A stretch of DNA of 64,000 nt from Bacteroidota bacterium (GTDB taxonomy: Bacteria; Bacteroidota; Ignavibacteria; SZUA-365): NCBI GenBank assembly GCA_003246455.1, contig QKAF01000009.1, positions 85,395-149,394 on the forward strand, in the 5' to 3' direction. How positions within the stretch are numbered: position 1 is the stretch's first letter; each line of letters starts with the position of its first letter. The notes below the pieces were generated by a model that saw only the letters and a list, made by a program, of their open reading frames with translations, was not told the origin of the DNA and ran no database searches. The position numbers were made by a program, and so were the translations under genes. Positions 38,666 to 47,851 of the stretch are shown here, piece by piece.

Positions 38666-39916
38666 GTGCCTGATTTCAACTTCGCAAAAGGAAACAGAAA
38701 ACGGGATGAAGGAACGTCCCCCGCCGGTGCGGGGCAGCAGTCAACCGGTCAGCAACGACCGGTTTCTGCGCATCCACAGGGCGGACTTCCCGATGCCATG
38801 GATTCCGGTCCCGAGCGCGCAACGCGCCCGGGGCACGGCATTTCGCCGCAGGGAAGCAGCGCGCCGCGGGCTTCGGGCGGCAGCGTGCTGGACAAATATC
38901 CGGAGAGAGATCTTTCCCATCTTACCGGCGCAGGCGCGGCAGCGCCCCGCAGCGGCGGCGTCCCTCCGCCCCCGCCCGACACCGTTCCCGATGAAAGCGG
39001 TTTTGCCGATCCCGTCACCCCGGACGCCGACGCCATTCACGAAGGAGAATCCTCGCCGGTATCCACAGACGCAGCGGAGGCGAAAATGAGCAGTTCGTCG
39101 AGCAAGGGTCCGTTGATCGCCTTCCTGACGATCGCCGCCATCCTGATTCTCGTCGCGTTCATATGGCATATCAACCCGTGGCCGTCGCTGAAGGACAGAA
39201 TCGCGGGTCTGTTCCGGACCGAAGAGCCCGCGACGGTGCAGTCCGTTCCCGCGGCCGGTCCCTCGGCGACCGAGAGCGAACCCGAACCGACACTGCGCGC
39301 GTGGGATTTCTTCCTGCAGGTGTCCTCATGGAAGGAACTCGGGCAGGCCGATCTCGATGCGGAACGCTATCGCGCACAGGGCTTCGATGCGATTGTGGAA
39401 AGCGAATTCATTCCGTCGAAGGGTGGGACCTGGTATCGCGTGCGTCTCGGACCGTATGAAAGCAGCACCGCCGCGCGCGAGTTCCTCGCCGCCAACGCAG
39501 CCGCCCTGCCCAAAGGCATCTATCTCGACAGCGTCCGTCTTTCCGAGGAAGTGCCGATGGCGCCCGCGCCCGCATCGGTCGGGACCGGCAGTCAGAAGCA
39601 ATCTCCGCGCAGCAGCCGCACCGGCACCGCCGCGCAGATTCCTGGAAGGGATTTCGAAGTCATCGAAGAACCGATGAGCGGGTGGGCCGTGAAAGTGTCC
39701 TCCCTCAAAAGCGAAGATCTCGCACGGCAGGAAGCACGGAAGGTGCTCGAACAGGGATACCCCTCGTTCATTACCCGCAAGCGCATCAGCGGGATCACCT
39801 GGTACCGCGTCCTTGTCGGACCTTTTTCCGATAAGCGCGACGCCGACCGCTATCAGCAGCTCCTTAACGTAACGTACGGAAACGACGCCTACACGGTTGA
39901 TCTCTCCGCGAATTAA
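38666..39916 (+). CDS. SPOR domain protein (two SPOR domains, single TM)
   Basis: Disordered N-terminus, one TM, FLQVSSW...WYRVRLGPY and WAVKVSS...WYRVLVGPF. Confidence 0.85.
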   Translation: MPDFNFAKGNRKRDEGTSPAGAGQQSTGQQRPVSAHPQGGLPDAMDSGPERATRPGHGISPQGSSAPRASGGSVLDKYPERDLSHLTGAGAAAPRSGGVPPPPPDTVPDESGFADPVTPDADAIHEGESSPVSTDAAEAKMSSSSSKGPLIAFLTIAAILILVAFIWHINPWPSLKDRIAGLFRTEEPATVQSVPAAGPSATESEPEPTLRAWDFFLQVSSWKELGQADLDAERYRAQGFDAIVESEFIPSKGGTWYRVRLGPYESSTAAREFLAANAAALPKGIYLDSVRLSEEVPMAPAPASVGTGSQKQSPRSSRTGTAAQIPGRDFEVIEEPMSGWAVKVSSLKSEDLARQEARKVLEQGYPSFITRKRISGITWYRVLVGPFSDKRDADRYQQLLNVTYGNDAYTVDLSAN

Positions 39917-40200
39917 TCCCGAAAGACCGCGTTTTGACTGTTATTTTCCTACTTCCGGATTTTTCTTTGGCCTTAGCCCGAAAACCCTTACATTGCAGAA
40001 TTAGGCTGTTTGTTTTGCCGAATTCCAGGCAGAACATGCCGGATTCGCCGTTTCTGTTCCCTGTTTGACCTGTTGTTACCAGATGGCATTTTTCGTGTCT
40101 AATCTGGGAACACTTTACTGACGGACGGTCAATCAATACGTGCACATATTCACTGAATGCTAGATTCAAACTCTTCCACACACCAACAGGAGTTTACATT

Positions 40201-42246
40201 ATGAAGAAACTGTTTCTGTTGGCCTTCCTGGTGCTTGCCGCCGGGATGGCTCAGGCACAGCAGGTGACCGTGAAGGCGCCTGAGGCAGCCAGCTCCACTG
40301 CGATCTCGCAGTCCGCAGCGGCAGCCGTCGACTACAAGATGCAATTCATGCCGATTGACGAGCACACCACGTTTCACCGTGACGGCAAAGTCAACCGTAT
40401 GACCAAGGTCACGGAAAAGCATGGACTGACTGAAATCGGTCTCATGGCCAACACCTACGCGATGATCGGCGACAACCGCAGTCAGATCGCCTACGATCCG
40501 AAAACCAACACTGTTGCAAGCGTGTACCGCGGCAACGACCGCGGCAGCGCGAACGGCGACGGCAACACCCTGTACGTCCGTTACTCCGCCGACGGTGGCG
40601 TGAACTGGACCCCGCAGGGCGACAACGTGGCGACGTCCACGATGCCCCGCTACCCGAACATCTTCCTGCACTGGGACGGCAGCAAGGCGAACACCGCCCT
40701 CATGTGGCCGCAGGTCGACCGTTTCAACGACGGCACCACCGGCTGGCGCGATATCTACTCGATGAAGAGCGATATCGGCAACGCCAACGCCCAGTACGGC
40801 ATTTCCCCGAGTCCGCCTTACTGGTCGATTCCCTACCTGACCGTTCCCGATCAGAGCACGGGCGACCTTTACAACATGGCTCTCGGTATCGAGCCCACTT
40901 CCGCTGAAGCGTCGACCGGCGAAATCTACCTGCTTCGCTCCTCCGACGGCGGTCTGAACTGGGCCCCGGTGACTTTCGATGCGCCGGTGTTCACCGCGGA
41001 CATGGTCCCCAACGGGTATTTCTCCTCGAACCTCCGTCTCGACATCAGCCCCGACGGCAGCACGATGATCATGGCCTTCGCGCTCATCATCGAAAGCGAG
41101 CCCGGCAGCGCGTTCCTTCTCGACGAGAATCATGAGGTCGCATGGCGCATTTCCAACGACAAGGGAATGACCTGGGGTCCGCTCCAGCGCTTCCGCCCGG
41201 CCGACATCCAGAACAAGCCCGCCCCCTTCGACGCGAAGTGGGAAATGTCGTGGGATTTCGACGTTGTGCTCGATTATCAGAATCGCCCGCACTTCCTGAC
41301 CGTCGGTTCCGCAGACATCTATCCGTTCAGCCCGTTCAACGACGCGCCGACGGATTCCACGATCAGCCTCACGAGTGTTGATTCCACCTTCACGACGGAA
41401 ATCACGTATTACGAAGAAGGCGGCAACCGCGAATGGGCAATGTTCCCCATCGGTCCCGCACGCCGCGTGCGCACCGACCGCATGTCCTTCACCGCCGGTT
41501 CCTCCACCAGCGCTCCCGCCATCTTCCGCAACGAGCCCAAGTGGGCCCGCAGCTATGACGGCAAGAAAATCTATGCGAAATGGATCAGCCCGATCACCTC
41601 GTGGCGCGTCGCCCTCGTGGCAGGCACCCCGACGCTGTTCGCAGACACCCTGAGCCAGATCTATGCCAACGGCCGCCATGTCGACAGCCGTGCAGTCTCC
41701 GCATGGACCTACTACTGGCCGTACGGAAACCCCGAGCAGGTCACGAACGAAATGGACAGCCTCATGCGTATGACCGCGATCGAGGAAGTCATGACCAAGT
41801 ACAGCAAGCTGGCCTATTACGCCAGTGACGCCGGCGACCTCCACATGGTATTCGTGGAATGGGGTATCGGCGAAACCGTCGATGACGATCCCGTCAACAC
41901 CGATCAGGTCGTCTGGTACGTGCAGGATGCAAAAGTCCCCGTTCCCGACGTCGCCTCCGTTGAGGAAATCGACGCCACTCCTGGTGACTTCAAGCTCTCG
42001 CAGAACTATCCCAACCCGTTCAACCCGAGCACCGAAATCACCTTCACACTGCCGCAGGCCGGCCAGACAATGCTTCGCGTCTACAACTTGCTCGGTCAGG
42101 AAGTCGCCACGCTGGTCAACGAGTACCGCAACGCAGGCACGCACCGCGCGACCTTCGACGCCACCTCCCTGCCCACCGGCATGTATATCTATCGCCTCGA
42201 GAGCGGTTCCTTCACCGCCTCGCGCAAGATGATGCTCAGCAAGTAA
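40201..42246 (+). CDS. Secreted BNR/Asp-box beta-propeller protein with T9SS CTD (paralogue 1)
   Basis: AGGAG SD, AQA-Q signal; SADGGVNW, SSDGGLNW, SNDKGMTW; LSQNYPNPFNPSTEI CTD. Confidence 0.85.
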   Translation: MKKLFLLAFLVLAAGMAQAQQVTVKAPEAASSTAISQSAAAAVDYKMQFMPIDEHTTFHRDGKVNRMTKVTEKHGLTEIGLMANTYAMIGDNRSQIAYDPKTNTVASVYRGNDRGSANGDGNTLYVRYSADGGVNWTPQGDNVATSTMPRYPNIFLHWDGSKANTALMWPQVDRFNDGTTGWRDIYSMKSDIGNANAQYGISPSPPYWSIPYLTVPDQSTGDLYNMALGIEPTSAEASTGEIYLLRSSDGGLNWAPVTFDAPVFTADMVPNGYFSSNLRLDISPDGSTMIMAFALIIESEPGSAFLLDENHEVAWRISNDKGMTWGPLQRFRPADIQNKPAPFDAKWEMSWDFDVVLDYQNRPHFLTVGSADIYPFSPFNDAPTDSTISLTSVDSTFTTEITYYEEGGNREWAMFPIGPARRVRTDRMSFTAGSSTSAPAIFRNEPKWARSYDGKKIYAKWISPITSWRVALVAGTPTLFADTLSQIYANGRHVDSRAVSAWTYYWPYGNPEQVTNEMDSLMRMTAIEEVMTKYSKLAYYASDAGDLHMVFVEWGIGETVDDDPVNTDQVVWYVQDAKVPVPDVASVEEIDATPGDFKLSQNYPNPFNPSTEITFTLPQAGQTMLRVYNLLGQEVATLVNEYRNAGTHRATFDATSLPTGMYIYRLESGSFTASRKMMLSK

Positions 42247-42267
42247 GCTGAACCCCAACCGTCTTTC

Positions 42268-42289
42268 AGGGCCCCGGAGCCCTTTTTTT
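42268..42289 (+). terminator. Intrinsic terminator
   Basis: AGGGC-CCCGGA-GCCCT followed by a T-run. Confidence 0.5.
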
Positions 42290-42290
42290 C

Positions 42291-42461
42291 GCCCTTCCCG
42301 CCTTCCCGCCCTTCCCGCCCTTCCCGCCTTCACGCCTTCACGCCCTTCCCGCCTTCACGCCCTTCCCGCCTTCCCGCCTTCCCGCCCTTCCCGCCCTTCC
42401 CGCCTTCACGCCCTTCACGCCTTCACGCCCTTCACGCCCTTCACGCCTTCACGCCCTTCAC
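42291..42461 (+). repeat. Minisatellite: 20 tandem 8-9-bp units GCC(C)TTC(C/A)C
   Basis: 7x GCCCTTCCC, 3x GCCTTCCC, 6x GCCTTCAC, 4x GCCCTTCAC, uninterrupted over 171 bp. Confidence 0.95.
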
Positions 42462-42598
42462 GAAGATCCGCTGTAACCACTCATACTTTCTCGTGTCTAG
42501 TCGGGGAACATCGGATGCAGCCGGGGGCCGATCCGCGTTCGCCAGCGACAATCCTTCTCCTACATACAGCCTTTTCCTTACACCAGCCGGAGTTTCCC

Positions 42599-44662
42599 AT
42601 GATGAAGAAACTGGTTCTGTTGGCCGTTCTGGTACTTGTTCCTGGATTGGTCCTGGCACAGAGGGTGAACGTGAAGTCGCCGGAGGCATCGGACAGGAAT
42701 GCCATCGTACAGTCCGCTGCGCGCACCGTCGACTACCGGATGCAGTTCATGCCCGTTACCGAAAAAACGACGCTGCATCGTACGCAGAAGTCCGCGGGCC
42801 TGCGAAAGCCGGCGGAGCGATACGGGCTCACCGAAATCGGAAATATGGCGAACACTTACGCGATGGTCGGCGACAGCCGCAACCAGATCGCATACGATCC
42901 GAACACCAATACCGTTGCGGTGGTCTACCGCGGCAACGATCGCAGCTCAACGAACGGAGACGGGAACACCCTGTACGTCCGCTATTCCACAGATAACGGC
43001 GCGCACTGGACCTCCTCAGGCGACAACGTGGCGAGTTCCACAACACCGCGCTACCCGAACATCTTCCTGCACTGGGACGGCAGTCAGACGGGCACCGCCC
43101 TGATGTGGCCGCAGGTCGACCGCTTCAACGACGGCACCACCGGTTGGCGCGACATCTATTCGATGAAAAGCGATATCGGCAACGGGAACGCCCAGTACGG
43201 CATTGTTCCCGATCCTCCCTTTTGGTCGATCCCTTACCTGACGGTCCCTGATCAGAGCACGGGTGACCTCTACAACATGGCACTCGGCATCGAGCCCACT
43301 TCCGCTGAGGCGTCGACCGGCGAAATCTACCTGCTTCGCTCCACCGACGGGGGGCTGAACTGGACCCCGGTAACTTTCGATGCGCCGGTGTTCACCGCGG
43401 ACATGGTCCCCAACGGGTATTTCTCCTCGAACCTCCGTCTCGACATCAGTCCCGACGGCAGCACGATGATCGTGGCCTTCGCACTGATCATAGAAAGCGA
43501 GCCCGGCAGCGCGTTCCTCCTTGACAAGAATCATGAAATCGCATGGCGTATCTCCACGGACAAGGGTATGACCTGGGGTCCGCTGCAGCGCATGTGGCCG
43601 GGCGACATCAAGAACAAGCCCGCCCCCTTCGACGCGAAATGGGAAATGTCGTGGGATTTCGACGTCATACTCGATTACAAGAATCGCCCGCATTTCCTGA
43701 CCGTTGCCTCCGCCGACATCTATCCGTTCAGCCCATTCAACGACGCGCCGACGGATTCCACCATCAACCTGAGCAGCGTCGACTCCACGTTCGCGACCGA
43801 GATCACCTACTATGAGGATGGCGGGGAACGCGAGTGGCGTATTTTCCCCATCGGACCGGTTCGCCGCGTGCGGATCGACCGAATGTCCTTCACATCCGCC
43901 TCCGCCACCGATTCGCCGGAGATGATCCGCAACGAACCGAAGTGGGCCCGCAGCTGGGACGGGAAAAAGATCTATGCCAAATGGATATCCCCGATGTCTT
44001 CGTGGACCGTCGCCCCGGTGGCCGGCACCCCGACGCTGTTCGCCGACTCCCTCTATCAAATCTACGTCAACGGGCGCCACGTCGACAGTAAATCCGTTCT
44101 CGCATGGACCTACGCATGGCCGTTCGGCTACCCCGACGCGGTGACCCCCGAGATGGACGCCGACATGCGAATGACCGCCACGGAAGACGTGATGACCAAG
44201 TACACGAAGATGGCGTACTACGCCGGCGAGGATGGCTCCCTGCACATCATTTTCGTCGAATGGGGAATCGGCGAGACCCTCGACGACGATCCCGTCAACA
44301 CCGACCAGACCGTCTGGTATTGCGGGACGAGCGGCGAAGGCGCGTTCGTCGTATCGGTGCCGTATGTTCTCGACGTCGAGCAGATCGACGATGTGCCGGG
44401 TGATTTCACCCTTGCACAGAACTACCCCAATCCGTTCAACCCGAGCACGGAAATCACCTTTACGCTTCCGAAAGACGGTCAGACGACGCTCCGCGTCTTC
44501 AACCTACTCGGCCGGGAAGTCGCCACACTCGTCCGTGAGTACCGCAGCGCCGGGACCCATCGCGTGACCTTCGATGCAAGCGCCCTGCCGACCGGCATGT
44601 ACGTCTACCGGCTCGAGAGCGGGCCTTTCACCGCATCCCGGAAAATGATGCTCGGCAAGTAG
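42599..44662 (+). CDS. Secreted BNR/Asp-box beta-propeller protein with T9SS CTD (paralogue 2)
   Basis: GGAG SD; collinear and highly similar to 40201-42246; LAQNYPNPFNPSTEI CTD. Confidence 0.85.
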   Translation: MMKKLVLLAVLVLVPGLVLAQRVNVKSPEASDRNAIVQSAARTVDYRMQFMPVTEKTTLHRTQKSAGLRKPAERYGLTEIGNMANTYAMVGDSRNQIAYDPNTNTVAVVYRGNDRSSTNGDGNTLYVRYSTDNGAHWTSSGDNVASSTTPRYPNIFLHWDGSQTGTALMWPQVDRFNDGTTGWRDIYSMKSDIGNGNAQYGIVPDPPFWSIPYLTVPDQSTGDLYNMALGIEPTSAEASTGEIYLLRSTDGGLNWTPVTFDAPVFTADMVPNGYFSSNLRLDISPDGSTMIVAFALIIESEPGSAFLLDKNHEIAWRISTDKGMTWGPLQRMWPGDIKNKPAPFDAKWEMSWDFDVILDYKNRPHFLTVASADIYPFSPFNDAPTDSTINLSSVDSTFATEITYYEDGGEREWRIFPIGPVRRVRIDRMSFTSASATDSPEMIRNEPKWARSWDGKKIYAKWISPMSSWTVAPVAGTPTLFADSLYQIYVNGRHVDSKSVLAWTYAWPFGYPDAVTPEMDADMRMTATEDVMTKYTKMAYYAGEDGSLHIIFVEWGIGETLDDDPVNTDQTVWYCGTSGEGAFVVSVPYVLDVEQIDDVPGDFTLAQNYPNPFNPSTEITFTLPKDGQTTLRVFNLLGREVATLVREYRSAGTHRVTFDASALPTGMYVYRLESGPFTASRKMMLGK

Positions 44663-44682
44663 GCAGTCTCCTCCTCACCCTG

Positions 44683-44712
44683 AAAAGGCCCCGGTTTCCC
44701 GGGGCCTTTTTT
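44683..44712 (+). terminator. Intrinsic terminator
   Basis: AAAAGGCCCCGG-TTTC-CCGGGGCCTTTTTT. Confidence 0.75.
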
Positions 44713-44845
44713 CACCCCTGCACGCCTTTGCGCCCTCACTCTTCAGTCCCCCTCCCCCCGCTTTCATCTGAACAGAATTCTTGCGATATTTACGGTCCTT
44801 TCGGTCTTGCCGAAAACAGTGAATGCAAACAGCTGACGGGTATCA

Positions 44846-45580
44846 ATGATACGTGGTGTCATCGTTCTTATTATTCCCCTGCTGATCCTTTCCGCCTGCG
44901 GCGGGAAACAGATGAGCATCGAGGAATTCCAGAGCATGGCGAAGGAAGCGGAACAGCAGTCGCAGTCGATTGCCGAAAGGCAGGCAGACATGCGCGCGCT
45001 GCTCCAGGCCTACGATCAGGCAGTCCCGGCGTCGGCGCGGCTGAAGCTGAACCTCGATCCCGAGTGCGGCCTGACGCCCGCGGATTTTGAAAAACTCAGC
45101 GACCGTATCGACGAGGAACAGGATCCGTCCTGCCTCGGGATTCTCGAACAGATCGCCGAAATCCAGGGCGACATCCGTGACCGCTGCGAGCGCCTGCACG
45201 AGATCACGGCGGAGCTGCCGGCGCCGCATCGCGTGGTTTCGGGAGAAAACCACTACACCCTCTGCCTCGACTACCTGATTTCAAAGCATCACCTGAAAGC
45301 GAGAACCGCGGACTCGCTCGTCGCCCGCGTCGGACTCTCGAGCGACATCATCGAAGGATTCCATGTCTGGTTCTACTATCAGAACGGGATTTTCGGAACG
45401 TTCGTCACACAGGGCGATGCGCACATTTCCCCGACGGTATTCGCGAAAGTCGTCAAAAAGCACCTCATCGAACAGGCGCGGCGGCAGGGACATGACGATG
45501 CATTCGAAACCATCCTCGACAGCCTGAAGCGCTCGGGCGCATTGATCGCCAATATCAAGCATCACGCGAACTCTCTCTGA
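44846..45580 (+). CDS. Hypothetical lipoprotein
   Basis: Lipobox LSAC; coiled-coil N-terminal half. Confidence 0.65.
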   Translation: MIRGVIVLIIPLLILSACGGKQMSIEEFQSMAKEAEQQSQSIAERQADMRALLQAYDQAVPASARLKLNLDPECGLTPADFEKLSDRIDEEQDPSCLGILEQIAEIQGDIRDRCERLHEITAELPAPHRVVSGENHYTLCLDYLISKHHLKARTADSLVARVGLSSDIIEGFHVWFYYQNGIFGTFVTQGDAHISPTVFAKVVKKHLIEQARRQGHDDAFETILDSLKRSGALIANIKHHANSL

Positions 45581-45635
45581 TATTGCGGCTGCGCAGCGGT
45601 GCGGCCGGACTGTTACATATACGATGGAGGCAGTC

Positions 45636-46313
45636 ATGCTGAATCTCACCTACCTCAGCCATTCCTCATTCATACTCGACGACGGGACGCACCGCCTCAT
45701 CATTGACCCGTTCATCACGGGCAATCCGACCTGTCCGGTCAAGGCCGACGACGTCGATGTCCAGTTCATCGTCCTCACGCATGCGCACGGCGATCACCTC
45801 GGTGACGGCCTGCAGCTCGCGAAAAAGCACGGCGCGCTGATCATCGCGGTAAATGAACTCGCCAACTACGCGGCCTCGCAGGGCGCGAAAGCACACAACA
45901 TGCACATCGGCGGCGCATACACCTTCCCCTTCGGTCGGCTGAAATTCACCATCGCACATCACGGGTCCGCTTCCCCCGACGGGACGTACATGGGCGAACC
46001 GGCGGGCGTGGTGATCAGCATGGGCGGGAAGACGGTATATCACACCGGCGATACCGGCCTCTTCCTCGATATGCAGCTCATCGGACAGCGCGATTCCATC
46101 GACTGCATGCTCGCGCCGATTGGTGATAATTTCACAATGGGTGTCGATGACGCGGTCAAGGCCGCGGAATTCGTGCGGCCGGGACTCGCCGTCCCGATGC
46201 ACTACAACACCTTCCCCGTGATCCAGGCAGACCCGCGGATGTTCCAGTCAGGGGTTGAAGCGCTTGGCCTGCGCGCCCGGGTCATGGAATTCGGGGAGAC
46301 GATCGCCCTCTAA
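45636..46313 (+). CDS. Metal-dependent hydrolase, metallo-beta-lactamase fold (UPF0173)
   Basis: GGAGG SD; IIDPFITGNP, THAHGDHLGD, YHTGDTGLF, PIGDNFTMG, PMHYNTF. Confidence 0.9.
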   Translation: MLNLTYLSHSSFILDDGTHRLIIDPFITGNPTCPVKADDVDVQFIVLTHAHGDHLGDGLQLAKKHGALIIAVNELANYAASQGAKAHNMHIGGAYTFPFGRLKFTIAHHGSASPDGTYMGEPAGVVISMGGKTVYHTGDTGLFLDMQLIGQRDSIDCMLAPIGDNFTMGVDDAVKAAEFVRPGLAVPMHYNTFPVIQADPRMFQSGVEALGLRARVMEFGETIAL

Positions 46314-46353
46314 TAGCTTTTTTTTTCTCTAATCGATCTGAAATTCTTTTTTT

Positions 46354-46379
46354 CGATAAGGGAAATTATCGTAATTTTG
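46354..46379 (+). promoter_or_regulatory. Palindrome abutting a -7 promoter box upstream of the first gdh
   Basis: CGATAA-GGGAAA-TTATCG (46354-71) immediately followed by TAATTTTG (46372-79). Confidence 0.45.
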
Positions 46380-46438
46380 TTGAAGGGAGTTTGCGTTCTC
46401 TTTCACGGTTTTTCAGAAACTTTTGAGAAGGATTCTCA

Positions 46439-47779
46439 ATGTCTACCGCACTGAACGACTTCATGCAGGAAGTCAAAGCCAAGAACCCCGGAGAAGCCGA
46501 GTTTCATCAGGCAGTTGAAGAAGTTGTCGAAACGCTGATGCCGGTTGTTGAAAAGCAGCCGGAATATCGCAAGGCCAAGGTTCTTGAGCGCATGGTCGAA
46601 CCCGAGCGCACCATTTCTTTCCGTGTTCCCTGGGTCGCCGATAACGGAGAAGTCCGCGTCAACCGCGGCTACCGCATCGAGTTCAACAGCGCCATCGGTC
46701 CCTACAAGGGCGGTCTGCGGTTCCACCCGAGTGTCACCCTGAGCATTCTGAAGTTCCTCGGCTTCGAGCAGATCTTCAAGAATTCCCTCACGACGCTCCC
46801 GATGGGCGGCGGAAAGGGCGGTTCGGACTTCGACCCGAAGTTCAAATCGAAAAACGAAATCATGCGTTTCTGCCAGAGCTTTATGAGTGAACTGTTCCGT
46901 CACATCGGCCCGAACACCGACGTGCCCGCCGGCGATATCGGCGTGGGTGGACAGGAAATCGGTTTCATGTTCGGCCAGTACAAAAAGCTGAAAAATTCAT
47001 TCGACGGCGTGCTGACGGGTAAAGGCCTGAGCTGGGGCGGATCCCTCATCCGTCCGGAAGCGACCGGCTTCGGCGTCACCTACTTCGCCAATGAAATGCT
47101 CAAGACCAAGGGCCAGTCCTTCGAAGGCAAGACCGTCGCCATCTCCGGCTTCGGAAATGTCGCCTGGGGCGCGGCGATCAAGGTCAACGACATGGGCGGC
47201 AAGGTCGTCACGCTTTCCGGTCCCGACGGATACATCTTCGACCCCGCCGGCATCTCCGGTGAGAAGATCGAATACATGCTGGAGCTCCGCGCGAGCAACC
47301 AGGACATCGTCGAGCCGTATGCCGAGCGCTTTGGCGTGGAATTCATCCCCAACAAGCACCCGTGGGAAGTCAAGTGCGACGTCGCACTCCCCTGCGCGAC
47401 CCAGAACGAACTCAACGAGGAAGACGCGAAGAACCTGCTCGCAAACGGCTGCATCTGCGTATGCGAAGGCGCGAACATGCCCACCACTCCGGAAGGCGCG
47501 AAGCTGTTCCTTGATGCCGGTCTGCTCTACGGACCTGCCAAGGCGGCGAACGCCGGTGGCGTGGCCGTGTCGGGTCTCGAAATGTCGCAGAACTCCATCC
47601 GCATGAGCTGGTCGCGTGAAGAGGTGGATCAGCATCTGCATCGCATCATGAAGAATATCCACCAATCCTGCCTCGACGCCAGTGCTCAGTACGGCATGGC
47701 AGGGAATTACGTTGCCGGTGCAAACATTGCCGGATTCACGAAAGTGGCCGACGCCATGCTCGCCCAAGGCATCGTATAA
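46439..47779 (+). CDS. gdhA: Glutamate dehydrogenase, family I, NAD-type fingerprint (GdhB-like)
   Basis: [50 protein letters not shown]...TLSGPDGY as in Clostridium symbiosum NAD-GDH. Confidence 0.93.
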   Translation: MSTALNDFMQEVKAKNPGEAEFHQAVEEVVETLMPVVEKQPEYRKAKVLERMVEPERTISFRVPWVADNGEVRVNRGYRIEFNSAIGPYKGGLRFHPSVTLSILKFLGFEQIFKNSLTTLPMGGGKGGSDFDPKFKSKNEIMRFCQSFMSELFRHIGPNTDVPAGDIGVGGQEIGFMFGQYKKLKNSFDGVLTGKGLSWGGSLIRPEATGFGVTYFANEMLKTKGQSFEGKTVAISGFGNVAWGAAIKVNDMGGKVVTLSGPDGYIFDPAGISGEKIEYMLELRASNQDIVEPYAERFGVEFIPNKHPWEVKCDVALPCATQNELNEEDAKNLLANGCICVCEGANMPTTPEGAKLFLDAGLLYGPAKAANAGGVAVSGLEMSQNSIRMSWSREEVDQHLHRIMKNIHQSCLDASAQYGMAGNYVAGANIAGFTKVADAMLAQGIV

Positions 47780-47798
47780 TCCTGCTCCCCCAGGAATG

Positions 47799-47826
47799 CA
47801 AAACCCGGCCGCAAGGCCGGGTTTTG
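47799..47826. terminator. Bidirectional terminator
   Basis: CAAAACCCGGCC-GCAA-GGCCGGGTTTTG between convergent genes. Confidence 0.75.
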
Positions 47827-47851
47827 TGTTTATGGTCGAATATGCGGCGCG

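Noticed and set aside
42291..42461. Possible CRISPR array
   Set aside because: Units are 8-9 bp with no unique spacers, and there are no cas genes
40201..44662. Diversity-generating retroelement template/variable repeat
   Set aside because: No reverse transcriptase in the window; both copies are full genes and the differences are not adenine-specific
46354..46371. LysR/Nac box upstream of gdh
   Set aside because: Spacing is ATA-N8-TAT, not T-N11-A/ATA-N9-TAT; kept only as an unassigned palindrome
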